Positions 34,225 through 44,378 are shown, numbered from the stretch's first letter. The stretch: DNA of 64,000 nt from an uncultured Nitrosopumilales archaeon (GCA_964373125.1 CAYJSN010000005.1:12958-76957), one strand, 5' to 3'. The notes: a model not told the origin generated them from the sequence alone. Translations and numbers: made by a program.

Positions 34225-35265
34225 TCACATTCCTACACCGTGAACGGTCACGAGGTGGTTGCCGTTGTACTCGCTTATCTCGTACCTGCAGCCTACGAAC
34301 CTGCCCGTGATGTACAGGTTCGTGCTGAGGTGCTGGGAGACCCTGCTCACCACGAACCTGGAGGTGCCGCCGGCCAGGCTGAGGGGCAGGGCCAGCATGT
34401 CCGCAAGGTACGGATCGACCGGCGCGCTGCTCAGGTAGGGCTGGAGGAACTTCTCCGCAGCCTCCGCGCCGACCTGCTCGGCCGGCCTGCCCCGCTCGCC
34501 GATCGAGTCGCCCCCTATGAATGGCCCGTACTCGCTCACAGCATAGACCAGGATCGAGGAGCCCGGCGAGTACGATTGTTCCAGCGATGCGGAGTAGGAG
34601 CCGCACTTGACGCCCTCCTTCTCCAGCCGGGAGAGCGCCGCCGCGACCTGCCGCTCTGCCACGTGCTTTGGCAGCATCGCGCAGACGCTGACGATCCTGG
34701 GCTCGATCCTCGGCGCGCCGACCATCTCCAAGTTTTGCAGCTTGCTGCAGGGTTCGATCCTTGCCCTGACGAGCCCGCCGCCGGAAGGATAATAACCCCT
34801 GCGCTTCGCGTCCAGCTCGAAGTTCATCCCTAGCATCCGGTACATGGGTTGCACGACATAGCGCATGTAGTCGAGCGTGGGGCTCCACCTGACGTCGGTA
34901 CCGCCCACCAGCTCGATCTCGGCGCTCTTCTGCGCTATGCTCACTGCTGGAATAACTGCCTGCAGCACCATCGTTATGCTTCCGGCTGTGCCAATGTCCA
35001 TCTTCATCGAGCCGCCATGCATCTCCTTGGGCAGGAACCTGACCATGCTGGAGCCCACGCTGAGGTTCTCGACCTCGGCGTTGCAGAGCGAGGCAACGGT
35101 CTTTATAGCCACCATGTGCTGTGGCCTGAGGCCCGGGTTATCCCGCTTCGCGCGGATGTTGAATACCTCGATCGGCTTTCCGGTGATCGCGGAGAGCGCG
35201 ACCGATGTTCTGAGGATCTGCCCGCCGCCCTCGCCGTACGACCCGTCGATCCTGATGAGCTCCAC
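34225..35265 (-). CDS. rtcA: RNA 3'-terminal phosphate cyclase
   Basis: ORF 34225..35496 trimmed to the GTG at 35265, giving (M)ELIRIDGSYGEGGGQILRTSVALSAITGKP, the canonical RtcA N-terminus at about 346 aa. Confidence 0.85.
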   Translation of the reverse strand: MELIRIDGSYGEGGGQILRTSVALSAITGKPIEVFNIRAKRDNPGLRPQHMVAIKTVASLCNAEVENLSVGSSMVRFLPKEMHGGSMKMDIGTAGSITMVLQAVIPAVSIAQKSAEIELVGGTDVRWSPTLDYMRYVVQPMYRMLGMNFELDAKRRGYYPSGGGLVRARIEPCSKLQNLEMVGAPRIEPRIVSVCAMLPKHVAERQVAAALSRLEKEGVKCGSYSASLEQSYSPGSSILVYAVSEYGPFIGGDSIGERGRPAEQVGAEAAEKFLQPYLSSAPVDPYLADMLALPLSLAGGTSRFVVSRVSQHLSTNLYITGRFVGCRYEISEYNGNHLVTVHGVGM

Positions 35266-35287
35266 GGCAGTCCTACTGGCGGATTTG

Positions 35288-35296
35288 TTTAAATAA
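35288..35296. promoter_or_regulatory. shared TATA-like element for divergent rtcA and nadM
   Basis: TTTAAATAA is centred about 27 nt from the rtcA GTG (35265) and about 26 nt from the nadM ATG (35318). This is consistent with two leaderless divergent transcripts. Confidence 0.45.
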
Positions 35297-35317
35297 TCTT
35301 CTAGGCGATCGATCCGC

Positions 35318-35827
35318 ATGAGATACGGAATCCTCGTCGGCAGGTTCCAGCCGTTCCACCTCGGGCACCTGAAGGCCGTGTGCTTTGCGCTCAGCAAGGT
35401 CGATATCCTCTGGATAATCATTGGCTCCGCACAGAAGAGCCACGAGCCGAGAAACCCCTTCACGGCGGGGGAGAGGCTCGCGATGATCAAGGCCACACTC
35501 GATACAAGCAGTGTCGATGCGAGGAAGTGGCACGCGATCCCGGTTCAGGACGTCGAGGTGCACTCGCTCTGGACAGGATTGATAGATATGCTCGTTCCCC
35601 GCTACGACGTTGTCTTCACCAACGATGCCTTCACCAAGACGCTCTTCAGGCAGCATGGGAAGCGCATCATCGAGGTACCGCTGCTCAAACGCAGGATAAT
35701 GTCGGGAACCGAGATCCGGAGGAGGATGGCTAGCGGCGAAAACTGGAAGGAGCTGGTGCCAAGACAGGTGGCGGAGATAATAATGAAGATAGGCGGCGTC
35801 GAAAGAATCAAGCTGTTATCGAAGTAG
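35318..35827 (+). CDS. nadM: nicotinamide-nucleotide adenylyltransferase (archaeal NadM type)
   Basis: 169 aa with GRFQPFHLGH at the N-terminus and ...ISGTEIRRRM. Confidence 0.85.
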   Translation: MRYGILVGRFQPFHLGHLKAVCFALSKVDILWIIIGSAQKSHEPRNPFTAGERLAMIKATLDTSSVDARKWHAIPVQDVEVHSLWTGLIDMLVPRYDVVFTNDAFTKTLFRQHGKRIIEVPLLKRRIMSGTEIRRRMASGENWKELVPRQVAEIIMKIGGVERIKLLSK

Positions 35828-35868
35828 GTTTGTATAAATAACGGTTAGGAGAGGTTAGTGCGAGAGAA

Positions 35869-37020
35869 ATGGAATCACCCCCGAACTATCTGGTGATGAT
35901 ACCCGGGTCAACAAACGTACCTCATCGAGTAATGCAGGCAATGACAGCCCCGATAATAAACCACAGGAGCGACGATTTCAGGAAGCTCTACAGGCGCATA
36001 CAGGAGAAGACAAAGAAGGTCTTCGGGACCGAGAACGATCTTGTAGTACTTACAACCTCCGGCACCGGCGGCGTCGAAGCCTCGGTCGTTAACCTCGTAA
36101 GGAAGGGCGACAAGGTGGTAATCCCGGTCAACGGCGAGTTCAGCAGCAGGCTGGCCACGATGATCGAGCTTGCGGGCGGCCAGGCGATTCGGGTGAGCGC
36201 GCCCTACGGCGATACGGCCAGATTCGACCAGGTGAAGGAGGCCTTCGACAACAACAAGGACGTGAAGGCGCTGTATGTAGTGTACAACGAGACCTCCACG
36301 GGTACGAGATTGACATGGCTAGACAGGGCCAAGGACCTCACATCCAAGAATGATTCATACTTTGTGGTGGACGCTGTATCCAACCTCGGCGGCGACGAGC
36401 TACCGGCCGACAGGTGGAACGTGGACATATGCGTCACCGCCAGCCAGAAATGCCTCGCGGCGCCGCCCGGACTCGCACCTATATCTGTTAGCAAGCGGGC
36501 AAGGAAGTTCATGACTGATAACCCGCCGCCGACGCTCTACCTGAACCTGCCCAGGTACTTCAAGTACTACGACGAGAACGCCGAGACTCCGTTCACACCG
36601 GCGCTGCCGCTCTACTTCGCGTTTGACGAGGCCCTGGACATGATAACCGAGGAAGGGATGGATGCCAGGATAGCACGGCACAGAAAGTGTGCCGACGCAT
36701 TCTACTCCGCGCTGAGCAGCATGGGCTTCGCACCCTTCGCCAAAACAGATGTCAGGTCCAACACCGTTATAGCATTGAACTACCGCGACGGCATGGAGGA
36801 CAAGAAGTTCAGGACGCTCCTTGCAAACGAGTTCAAGGTCTTGGTTGCGGGAGGCTTTGGCGAGCTGAAGGGCAAGGTCTGGAGGGTCGGATCGATGGGC
36901 GAGGTCAGCAAGTACCACGTGATGCGGACTCTCTCGGCAATATCCTCTGCGATGAACATAATGGGAATGAAGACGAACTCGGACGCACTTTCTGTCGCGG
37001 CGGAAAAACTCAACCACTAA
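35869..37020 (+). CDS. class V aminotransferase (serine-pyruvate / alanine-glyoxylate type)
   Basis: 383 aa. MIPGSTNVPHRVMQAM, the TASQKCLAAPPG PLP-lysine motif, and WRVGSMG. Confidence 0.85.
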   Translation: MESPPNYLVMIPGSTNVPHRVMQAMTAPIINHRSDDFRKLYRRIQEKTKKVFGTENDLVVLTTSGTGGVEASVVNLVRKGDKVVIPVNGEFSSRLATMIELAGGQAIRVSAPYGDTARFDQVKEAFDNNKDVKALYVVYNETSTGTRLTWLDRAKDLTSKNDSYFVVDAVSNLGGDELPADRWNVDICVTASQKCLAAPPGLAPISVSKRARKFMTDNPPPTLYLNLPRYFKYYDENAETPFTPALPLYFAFDEALDMITEEGMDARIARHRKCADAFYSALSSMGFAPFAKTDVRSNTVIALNYRDGMEDKKFRTLLANEFKVLVAGGFGELKGKVWRVGSMGEVSKYHVMRTLSAISSAMNIMGMKTNSDALSVAAEKLNH

Positions 37021-37066
37021 AATTTTCTTGCAAGGTTAATATAAGGTCGGCTGATAGGCGAGTCTC

Positions 37067-37813
37067 ATGACTCTCGAGAAAGGCTCTCTTGTGCTGGTAA
37101 ATTATACAGCAAAGATAAAGGACACCGACGAGGTCATCGAGACCACGCAGGAGGAAGAGGCGAAGAAGTACAACATCCACGATCCCACCAGGATCTACGA
37201 GCCCAGGCTGATATCGGTGGGAGACGGCTGGGTCCTGAAGGGACTGGACGAGGCGCTGGCCAACGCGAATGTAGGGGAGAGCCTGAATATCGATATTCCG
37301 CCTGAGAAGGCGTTCGGCGAGCGTGACCCGAACAAGGTCAGGATGATCCCGCTGCGAAAGCTCGGCGACAAGGCCGACGAGGTGAAGGTGGGCGATGCCA
37401 TCGAGATCGACGACAAGATCGGCATCATCAGGCTCATAGGCTCCGGCCGGGTCCAGATCGACTACAACCACAGGCTGGCCGGCAAGACCATAACGTACGC
37501 GCTGCAGGTATTGAATAAGCTGGAGAAGGACGAGGAGAAGATAGCCGCCCTGATAAGGCGTCGGGTACCGGTTCCGGCCGAGCAGCTGAAGATATCGCTC
37601 ACCGACGGCAATCTTGACATCGAGCTTCCGGGCGAGACCTACCTACAGGAGGGTCTGCAGATAATCAAGCGCGCCGTTGCCAATGACATCTTCAAGTACA
37701 TCGGCAGCGTGAAGAAGCTCAGGTTCATCGAGACCCACGAATCGCCCGAGCAGGCGAAGCCGCAGGAAGAGCAGAAGCCCCAAGAAGAGCAGATCGAGCA
37801 GAAGACTGCCTGA
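37067..37813 (+). CDS. FKBP-type peptidyl-prolyl cis-trans isomerase (long archaeal form)
   Basis: 248 aa. VLVNYTAKI...VGDGWVLKGLDEALANANVGES...PPEKAFGERDP, plus an IF-insert and a C-terminal domain. Confidence 0.85.
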   Translation: MTLEKGSLVLVNYTAKIKDTDEVIETTQEEEAKKYNIHDPTRIYEPRLISVGDGWVLKGLDEALANANVGESLNIDIPPEKAFGERDPNKVRMIPLRKLGDKADEVKVGDAIEIDDKIGIIRLIGSGRVQIDYNHRLAGKTITYALQVLNKLEKDEEKIAALIRRRVPVPAEQLKISLTDGNLDIELPGETYLQEGLQIIKRAVANDIFKYIGSVKKLRFIETHESPEQAKPQEEQKPQEEQIEQKTA

Positions 37814-37826
37814 TTCTATACGTTTG

Positions 37827-38867
37827 TCAGATTACTCCGGTTGACTTGGCCAGCTCGAAGGCCTTCCGCTCATCCAGCTTTACTTTGTTGAGGATTGTGT
37901 ATCTTTCCGGCCTGAGCGAGGCCGCCCTCAGGAGCGCACCAACAACCGTATCTGCATCAAGGCCGATCTCGCCTGCTGTTGTAGGGGCTCCGACATCCCT
38001 CAGCGTTCCCGCTATCCGCTCCCACTCGATGCCGTGAAGCTTGGCGATCATGATCGTCCCTATGCCGCACTTCTCGCCGTGCAGTCCCTTGTTGGACGCG
38101 ATAAAGTCGAGGGCGTGGCTGAATAGGTGCTCCGCACCAGAGCAGGGCCTGCTGCTGCCCGCGATGCATGACGCCACGCCCGCGCTGATGAGCGCCTCCA
38201 CGACCGTCCGGGTGCCTGATTGATCGCCAGGGACTATCGACTTGGATTGGCGCATGATGATCTCCGCGCTCATCGAAGCAAGGTTTGCGGAGTAGCTGCC
38301 GAAGTATTCACCAATTTCGTCCCTCGCCAGCTCCCAGTCCTTCACGGCCGTTACCTTTGCCATCAGGTCGCCGCAGCCGCTGGAGAGCAGCCGCTTGGGC
38401 GCCCTTGCGATTATGCTGGTATCTGCGAGCACGCCTATCGGGGTCCTGGTCTTCATAGAGTAGGGCCGCTGCTCCTCCCGGATCGAGGAGAAAGGGCTGG
38501 ATATGCCGTCGTGCGATGCCGAGGTGGGCACGCTCACGAATGGCTTTCCGAGGTTGTACGCCACTGTCTTGGCTATGTCGACCGACTTGCCGCCCCCAAA
38601 GCCGACTATTATGTCGAACCCGTTCGGCTCCTTCGAGATCTGGCTCTGCACCGTCCTCACAGTCTCCATGCTGGCAACATGAGCCAAGAACCATGTATCC
38701 TCGATGCCGCACGATCTGAGGGCCTTCTCGCAGAGATCGCCCACACTGGACCGCACGTTCGGGCCCGTGATCACGGCCACGCTCTTGACGCGGCCGAGAT
38801 CCGAGATAAAGTCGCCAAGCTCCTTGATCACTCCCTCCCCGATGAGGATCTTTCTCGGCAACTCCAT
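37827..38867 (-). CDS. egsA: sn-glycerol-1-phosphate dehydrogenase
   Basis: Member of the iron-ADH/DHQS-like family. MELPRKILIGEGV..., GFGGGKSVDIAK, and HGEKCGIGT metal ligands. First ATG is at 38867. Confidence 0.8.
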   Translation of the reverse strand: MELPRKILIGEGVIKELGDFISDLGRVKSVAVITGPNVRSSVGDLCEKALRSCGIEDTWFLAHVASMETVRTVQSQISKEPNGFDIIVGFGGGKSVDIAKTVAYNLGKPFVSVPTSASHDGISSPFSSIREEQRPYSMKTRTPIGVLADTSIIARAPKRLLSSGCGDLMAKVTAVKDWELARDEIGEYFGSYSANLASMSAEIIMRQSKSIVPGDQSGTRTVVEALISAGVASCIAGSSRPCSGAEHLFSHALDFIASNKGLHGEKCGIGTIMIAKLHGIEWERIAGTLRDVGAPTTAGEIGLDADTVVGALLRAASLRPERYTILNKVKLDERKAFELAKSTGVI

Positions 38868-39000
38868 CAGGTGAGTTGACAAGTCATCCGATCTAGCGTG
38901 GGCTTTTATTTAATTCTGCCTTGCTAGCTGTTATGCCCAAAGCGAAAGCTTATTTAGGTGGTGGAATGTTAATTGTTCCGTTCCTCCAGAAGGTGTAATT

Positions 39001-39642
39001 TTGTCCGACTACGCAAACATGCATAGGCTACACGGGACTACAACTGTCGGCCTTCAGTGCTCCGACGGCGTAGTCCTGGCTACGGACACGAGGGCCACGG
39101 CCGGCTTTCTCTACATAGCGCACAGGCACGTGAAGAAGCTGGCAAAGATCGACGAGCACATCGCAATGACGATCGCAGGGAGCGTCGCCGATGCGCAGAA
39201 CATCGTGGACATACTGCGCTACCACGCCAACATCTACAGGCTGGAGAACAGGGTTCCGATGCCAGTAAGGGCATGCGCAAGGCTGACGTCGAACATCTTC
39301 TTCTCCCAGCGGTACTACCCCTACATTGCGGAGGTGCTGGTGGGAGGCCACGACAATGACGGATCCGCGGTCTACAACATAGATCTCTTCGGTTCCCTGA
39401 ACAAGGAGGTTTTCGTATCTACCGGGAGCGGTTCGCCTGTGGCCTACGGAATCTTGGAGAGCGAGTTCAAGGAAGGCATGAGTGTCGAGCAGGGCTCCAG
39501 GATAGCGGCAAGGGCGATAGCAGCCGCGATAAAGCGCAATGCCGGCACCGGCGATGGCATCGACGTGGCCGTAATCGACAAGAAGGGCTACAGGGAGCTC
39601 ACCAAGGAAGAAAAGGCTGCCATCGTAACGCTTAGTGAATAA
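39001..39642 (+). CDS. psmB: proteasome subunit beta
   Basis: 213 aa. The propeptide is followed by the HGTTTVGL active-site Thr. TTG start in the track, with an ATG a few codons in. Confidence 0.9.
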   Translation: MSDYANMHRLHGTTTVGLQCSDGVVLATDTRATAGFLYIAHRHVKKLAKIDEHIAMTIAGSVADAQNIVDILRYHANIYRLENRVPMPVRACARLTSNIFFSQRYYPYIAEVLVGGHDNDGSAVYNIDLFGSLNKEVFVSTGSGSPVAYGILESEFKEGMSVEQGSRIAARAIAAAIKRNAGTGDGIDVAVIDKKGYRELTKEEKAAIVTLSE

Positions 39643-39644
39643 TA

Positions 39645-41585
39645 ATGCAAGAAAAAGAGAAGGTCAATGGGCAGAACCTGAGTATAATGAACATCATATT
39701 GCAAAATATACCCGGCGAGGCCGCCGTAACCAAGATCGAGTACGAGGGCCCCAGGATCGCGCTCTACACCAAGAACCCGCGGTACCTGCTGGAGAACAGC
39801 CACATAATCTCCAACATGGTCAACACGATAAAGAAGCGCATCGTTGTGAGGACAGACGAGTCGGTCAGGAAGAACGAGGAGGACGCCAGGAACATCCTGC
39901 TGGAGTTCCTGCCCAAGGAAGCCGAGGTGGTGAGCACCTTCTTCGATACCATGCTGGGCGAGGTGGTGGTGGAGGTGAAGAAGCCCTGGATAATCAACGT
40001 GCCGCAGGAGGACGGCGCGGAGGCGATAAGCATGATCGACTTGGTGGAGAAGACCGGCTGGAAGATTCGGGTGCGCAAGGCCGCACATATACCGTCCGAG
40101 ATGATGAAGCAGGTCAACTACACGCTGAAGACCTCGATGCAGGACAGGGGGAGGTTCTACAAGCAGGTCGGGGAGAAGATCTTCAGGCCTAGGCTCGACG
40201 GAACGACGGAGGCAAGCCTGCTCACGCTGGGCGGCTTCAGCGAGGTCGGCAGGTCCTGCATGCTGCTGACAACGCATGACAGCAAGATCCTGCTGGACTG
40301 CGGCATAAACCCGGGCGCCAGAGACCCACAGAATGCTTTCCCGAGGCTCGACTGGGCAAACATAGACCTGGACGAGCTGGACGCGGTGGTGATAGGCCAC
40401 GCGCACCTTGACCACACCGGGTTCCTGCCGGTGCTCTTCAAGTACGGCTACAACGGCCCCGTCTATTGTTCAGAACCAACGCTGCCGCTGATGACCCTGA
40501 TCCAGATCGACATGATAAAGGTCGCGATGAGCGAGGGCGCCATACCGTTGTACACGGAGCGCGACGTGAAGGAGGTCATACGCCACGCAATCACGCTGCC
40601 GTACGGCATGGTTACCGACATAGCGCCCGACGTCAAGCTGGTGCTCTCCAACGCCGGGCACATTCTTGGTTCCTCGACCGTGCATTTGCACATTGGAAAC
40701 GGCGACCACAACATCGTTTACACGGGGGACCTGAAGTACGGGAAGAGCCAGCTCTTCGAGAGTGCGTCCTGGAACTACCCGAGGGTCGAGACGCTGATCA
40801 TAGAGAGCACCTACGGCGCAAAGGAGGACATAATGCCCCCCAGAGAAGAGGTGGAGGCCAACTTCGTGCGCACAATAAACAAGACGCTCTCGGACGGCGG
40901 CAAGGTGCTCATGCCTGTGCCGGCTGTCGGGAGGGCCCAGGAGATCCTGATGGTGATAGACTCCTACATGAAGGCCGGAAAGCTCATCGAGGCGCCGGTC
41001 TTCATCGAGGGCATGATCTCCGAGGCAAGCGCGATGCACGTGGCGCATCCTGAATACCTGTCGCGGGAGCTGCGGCAGAGGATACTCAATTCTGATGATA
41101 ACCCGTTCACCTCGGAGTACTTTACCACGATCGAGCACCCGGACGGGCGCTCGGAGGCGCTCAGGGACCAGCCTGCGATAATAATGGCAACATCGGGCAT
41201 GCTGGAGGGCGGGCCGGTGATCGAGTACTTCAAGACCATAGCCACCAACCCGAAGAACAAGATCCTCTTCGTTTCGTACCAGGTCAACGGGACACTGGGC
41301 AGGAGGGTGCTGGACGGCTCCAAGGAGGTATCGATAATGGGCAGGGACGGCAAGATCGAGGTGGTGAGCATAAACTGCCAGGTGGAGAAGATCGAGGGCT
41401 TCAGCGGCCACAGCGACTACAACCAGCTCATATCCTACATCAACAAGCTAAGGCCGAAGCTGAAGCGTGTCATAGTCAACCACGGCGAGCGGAGAAAGAT
41501 CGAGAACATGTCGAGCGCGGTGGGAAGGATATTCAGGCTCCAGACCGTGCGCCCCTATGTGCAGGAAGCGGTAAGGTTACTTTAG
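39645..41585 (+). CDS. aCPSF1 / FttA beta-CASP ribonuclease with N-terminal KH domains
   Basis: 646 aa. Metallo-beta-lactamase motif IGHAHLDHTG, beta-CASP region, and C-terminal GFSGHSD...VNHGE. Confidence 0.9.
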   Translation: MQEKEKVNGQNLSIMNIILQNIPGEAAVTKIEYEGPRIALYTKNPRYLLENSHIISNMVNTIKKRIVVRTDESVRKNEEDARNILLEFLPKEAEVVSTFFDTMLGEVVVEVKKPWIINVPQEDGAEAISMIDLVEKTGWKIRVRKAAHIPSEMMKQVNYTLKTSMQDRGRFYKQVGEKIFRPRLDGTTEASLLTLGGFSEVGRSCMLLTTHDSKILLDCGINPGARDPQNAFPRLDWANIDLDELDAVVIGHAHLDHTGFLPVLFKYGYNGPVYCSEPTLPLMTLIQIDMIKVAMSEGAIPLYTERDVKEVIRHAITLPYGMVTDIAPDVKLVLSNAGHILGSSTVHLHIGNGDHNIVYTGDLKYGKSQLFESASWNYPRVETLIIESTYGAKEDIMPPREEVEANFVRTINKTLSDGGKVLMPVPAVGRAQEILMVIDSYMKAGKLIEAPVFIEGMISEASAMHVAHPEYLSRELRQRILNSDDNPFTSEYFTTIEHPDGRSEALRDQPAIIMATSGMLEGGPVIEYFKTIATNPKNKILFVSYQVNGTLGRRVLDGSKEVSIMGRDGKIEVVSINCQVEKIEGFSGHSDYNQLISYINKLRPKLKRVIVNHGERRKIENMSSAVGRIFRLQTVRPYVQEAVRLL

Positions 41586-41669
41586 AGAGCGATCGTTCGC
41601 GCTAGCCCCGGTTCCGGATATACGTGCCCGCTGCGGATAGACATTCAAGCCGCGCCCCGGCGCAACGGC

Positions 41670-41885
41670 CTAGTTCTTGGTCTGCTGGGCGGTGACCTCG
41701 GCGCTGTACCAGGTGTACTTGTGCTTGATTCCGTACCTCGCCAGCGCGTTCAGGATTATGTTCTGGACCTCGTCCACGGATGCGCTGTCGAAGACGCTTA
41801 TATTCCTCGAGGTGGTCCTGCGGTACTTGCCCTTGTCCAGCTCGTGAATGACTATCCTTATTCTCTTCTCACTGGCGTCGCTCAT
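41670..41885 (-). CDS. hypothetical 71-aa protein
   Basis: An ORF with its own intergenic slot. No family recognised. Confidence 0.4.
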   Translation of the reverse strand: MSDASEKRIRIVIHELDKGKYRRTTSRNISVFDSASVDEVQNIILNALARYGIKHKYTWYSAEVTAQQTKN

Positions 41886-42010
41886 ACCACACTATTGGCA
41901 GCACCAGTATATTGATCTTATGCTTCCGCCCGGTTTCGACGGAGCTGGGAAAAACGGTGAGATCGCTAAATGGGGGGTCTAACAAATTTTGTTGTTAGTT
42001 AAGTTAGCCT

Positions 42011-42982
42011 ATGCTAGCGGTTTTTCAATCCAGCGCGCAAGCTGCTGGCGTGCAGAGGGCATCATCCACCAGGGAGCTGGAGCAGGCGTATTCCGGCATG
42101 ACCCTGGTTACCGAAAAGGACTACCTCCGCTTCGTGAGGAGCCACAAGTCCGTCAGGATTGAAAATGTCATGATACCGCTGGGCAGCGCGCACGGGGCGA
42201 AGCGGCTGGCCCCGCCCGAGGATTACAAGCACGAGTCCTCGACCGTCTGGTCCTTCCCGGAGCGGGGGGACTGGTCCACGCACGACGGCAAGTACAGGGG
42301 GAACTGGAGCCCGTACATCCCCAGGAACCTGATATGGAAGTACACCGCCGAGGGCGACTTGGTCCTGGACCAGATGATGGGCAGCGGCACCACGCTCGTG
42401 GAGTGCAGGCTCCTGAACAGGAACGCTATCGGCATAGATGTCAACCCCGATTCTGTGATGGTGGCCTTGGACAGGCTCGGCTTCGCCCACAGGGGAGGCG
42501 CCAGGATAAGGACATACCTGGGGGACGCGCGCAACCTGAACGAGGTAGAGGACGACAGCATAGACCTGATCGCCACGCACCCGCCCTACGCAGGGATAGT
42601 ATCGTACTCCTCGGCCCGGATCAAAGCAGACCTCTCGGCGCTGCCGATCTCTGCCTACCTGAGGGAGATGCGGATCGTTGCCGAAGAATGCTTCAGGGTC
42701 CTGAAGCCCGGAAAGCACTGCGCGATCCTGATCGGCGACACCAGGAAGCACAGGCACTACATCCCGATCGCGCACAACGTGCTGCACGTCTTCCTTGACG
42801 CTGGCTTCATCCTGAAGGAGAACGTGATCAAGATCCAGCACAAGACGAAGCGCACAAGGGAGGCCTGGCGCGGCTCCAACTATGATTTCTACAAGATCGC
42901 CCACGAGAACCTCTTTGTGTTCAGAAAGCCTGCTAGGGGAGAGAAGACGACCCAGTTCAAGCACAGCATGCAGCTATTCTAG
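42011..42982 (+). CDS. N4/N6 DNA methyltransferase, orphan (no adjacent nuclease)
   Basis: 323 aa. SAM-binding GDLVLDQMMGSGTTLVEC precedes the catalytic DLIATHPPYAG. The C-terminal ...HENLFVFRKP resembles the end of the beta-class catalytic half. Confidence 0.8.
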   Translation: MLAVFQSSAQAAGVQRASSTRELEQAYSGMTLVTEKDYLRFVRSHKSVRIENVMIPLGSAHGAKRLAPPEDYKHESSTVWSFPERGDWSTHDGKYRGNWSPYIPRNLIWKYTAEGDLVLDQMMGSGTTLVECRLLNRNAIGIDVNPDSVMVALDRLGFAHRGGARIRTYLGDARNLNEVEDDSIDLIATHPPYAGIVSYSSARIKADLSALPISAYLREMRIVAEECFRVLKPGKHCAILIGDTRKHRHYIPIAHNVLHVFLDAGFILKENVIKIQHKTKRTREAWRGSNYDFYKIAHENLFVFRKPARGEKTTQFKHSMQLF

Positions 42983-43013
42983 CTTAAAACTTGAGATCGC
43001 AGAATCCTGACGA

Positions 43014-43292
43014 TCACTTCATGTCGTAGGCCCCTTTCCAGATCTTAACACCTGGCGGGGTTACCACGACCCGTTCTTCTCCGAGCCTTGCGATGTCGCC
43101 CTCGACCGACTGCGCGAACTTGTAAAGCTCCTCAACAACATTGCGCAATTCATCGATGTTCTTCTGCGCGAGCGGGGTCACCCTGATTATCACGATCATG
43201 TTCTTCTTCACATCCTGCCTTATCGCATCCAGGTCGCTCGGATCCCGCAGCGTTATCGCCTTTACGTAAGTTTGCGGCTTGTGGGTTTGCAT
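43014..43292 (-). CDS. sepF: SepF-like cell-division protein (DUF552)
   Basis: 92 aa. IVIIRVTPLAQKNIDELRNVVEELYKFAQSVEGDIARLGEERVVVTPPGVKI fits the archaeal SepF core. Confidence 0.65.
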   Translation of the reverse strand: MQTHKPQTYVKAITLRDPSDLDAIRQDVKKNMIVIIRVTPLAQKNIDELRNVVEELYKFAQSVEGDIARLGEERVVVTPPGVKIWKGAYDMK

Positions 43293-43364
43293 AAGTGGCT
43301 ACGCACACCTCCGTGGTTGATATCCTTCGCTATCAACGGTGGTTAACACGGTGCTAAAGGAGCA

Positions 43365-44378
43365 CTAGATTCTATATGAATTTAGCTGTGCATCGTCTAT
43401 CGGTGAGACGGAAATCTCATTCGAATCGTTGTTACCCCTCACAGTAACGACGCATTCTGTATCCTTCGGGGCGTCGGAGTACCTGTGCACGACCGATGCC
43501 GCCAGCGCAACCATATCAGCATCATATTTGCCGCGCAGGAGCCCGACCGGGCCCTTCTGGTCCCTGGCCTCCAGCAGCAGGTCGCCGGGAAGTGCGAGCG
43601 AGGTTATCACCGAGTTTTCGTCCTTGTTCCTCCCGATCACGAGCTTCGCGGCCTTGCTTATCCTGAAGTGCCGGCCGCTCTTCAGGAGCTCGGCGTCGTT
43701 CAGCGTCGGTCTCTCCGTATGCTCGAAGAGGTCCCTTACTCTACTTGCGAACTGGGGATCGGTGAGCAGGCAGCCGCCGGCGGAGTTGGGATAATCCGTT
43801 ATGCCAAACTTTTTCGCGAGCCCGATCTGCGCCTTCCTGGACCTGCCCCTTATCGCGAGCAGCTCCTCCCGCCTGATGATGCCGGTCTTCTCCGCGTCGG
43901 TGGGCTCTAGGTGCTTTGCGGATAGCGGCCTTAGAACCTTGCCTTCCAGACCCGATTCCTGCTCGATTATCTTCAGCGCCCTCCGGTTCTGGCTCATCGG
44001 CCTCTGCTCCAGAACCTCGCCCGTTATTACGACCTCGGCGCCTATCTGCTCCATGTAATCCTTCGCAACCCTGAACATCATCTCCCTGCAGTCTATGCAG
44101 GGGTTCATGCCCGAGCCATAACCATGTTTGGGGTTCTTCAGCATCTCCAAATATTCTTCGCCCAGGTAGAAGGTCTTCAGCTCGACCCCGAGCTTGTCGG
44201 CGACCTCCTTCACCCTGAAGCCGCATCCGTGCCCGCAGTCGAAATCGCAGAAGGGCGTCTTGATGGCTACGGCCTTCACATCGACCCCCTGCTCCATCAT
44301 CAGCTTTACGGCCAGGGTGCTGTCCAGCCCGCCCGAGAGGAGGGCCACCGCCTTGGGCTTCTCATTATTCTCATCCAT
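43365..44378 (-). CDS. PP-loop ATP pyrophosphatase (ThiI/MnmA-like tRNA sulfurtransferase family)
   Basis: 337 aa. The SGGLDS PP-loop at the N-terminus, conserved Cys residues (CDFDCGHGC, NPCIDC), and ...AGGCLLTDP. Confidence 0.75.
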   Translation of the reverse strand: MDENNEKPKAVALLSGGLDSTLAVKLMMEQGVDVKAVAIKTPFCDFDCGHGCGFRVKEVADKLGVELKTFYLGEEYLEMLKNPKHGYGSGMNPCIDCREMMFRVAKDYMEQIGAEVVITGEVLEQRPMSQNRRALKIIEQESGLEGKVLRPLSAKHLEPTDAEKTGIIRREELLAIRGRSRKAQIGLAKKFGITDYPNSAGGCLLTDPQFASRVRDLFEHTERPTLNDAELLKSGRHFRISKAAKLVIGRNKDENSVITSLALPGDLLLEARDQKGPVGLLRGKYDADMVALAASVVHRYSDAPKDTECVVTVRGNNDSNEISVSPIDDAQLNSYRI

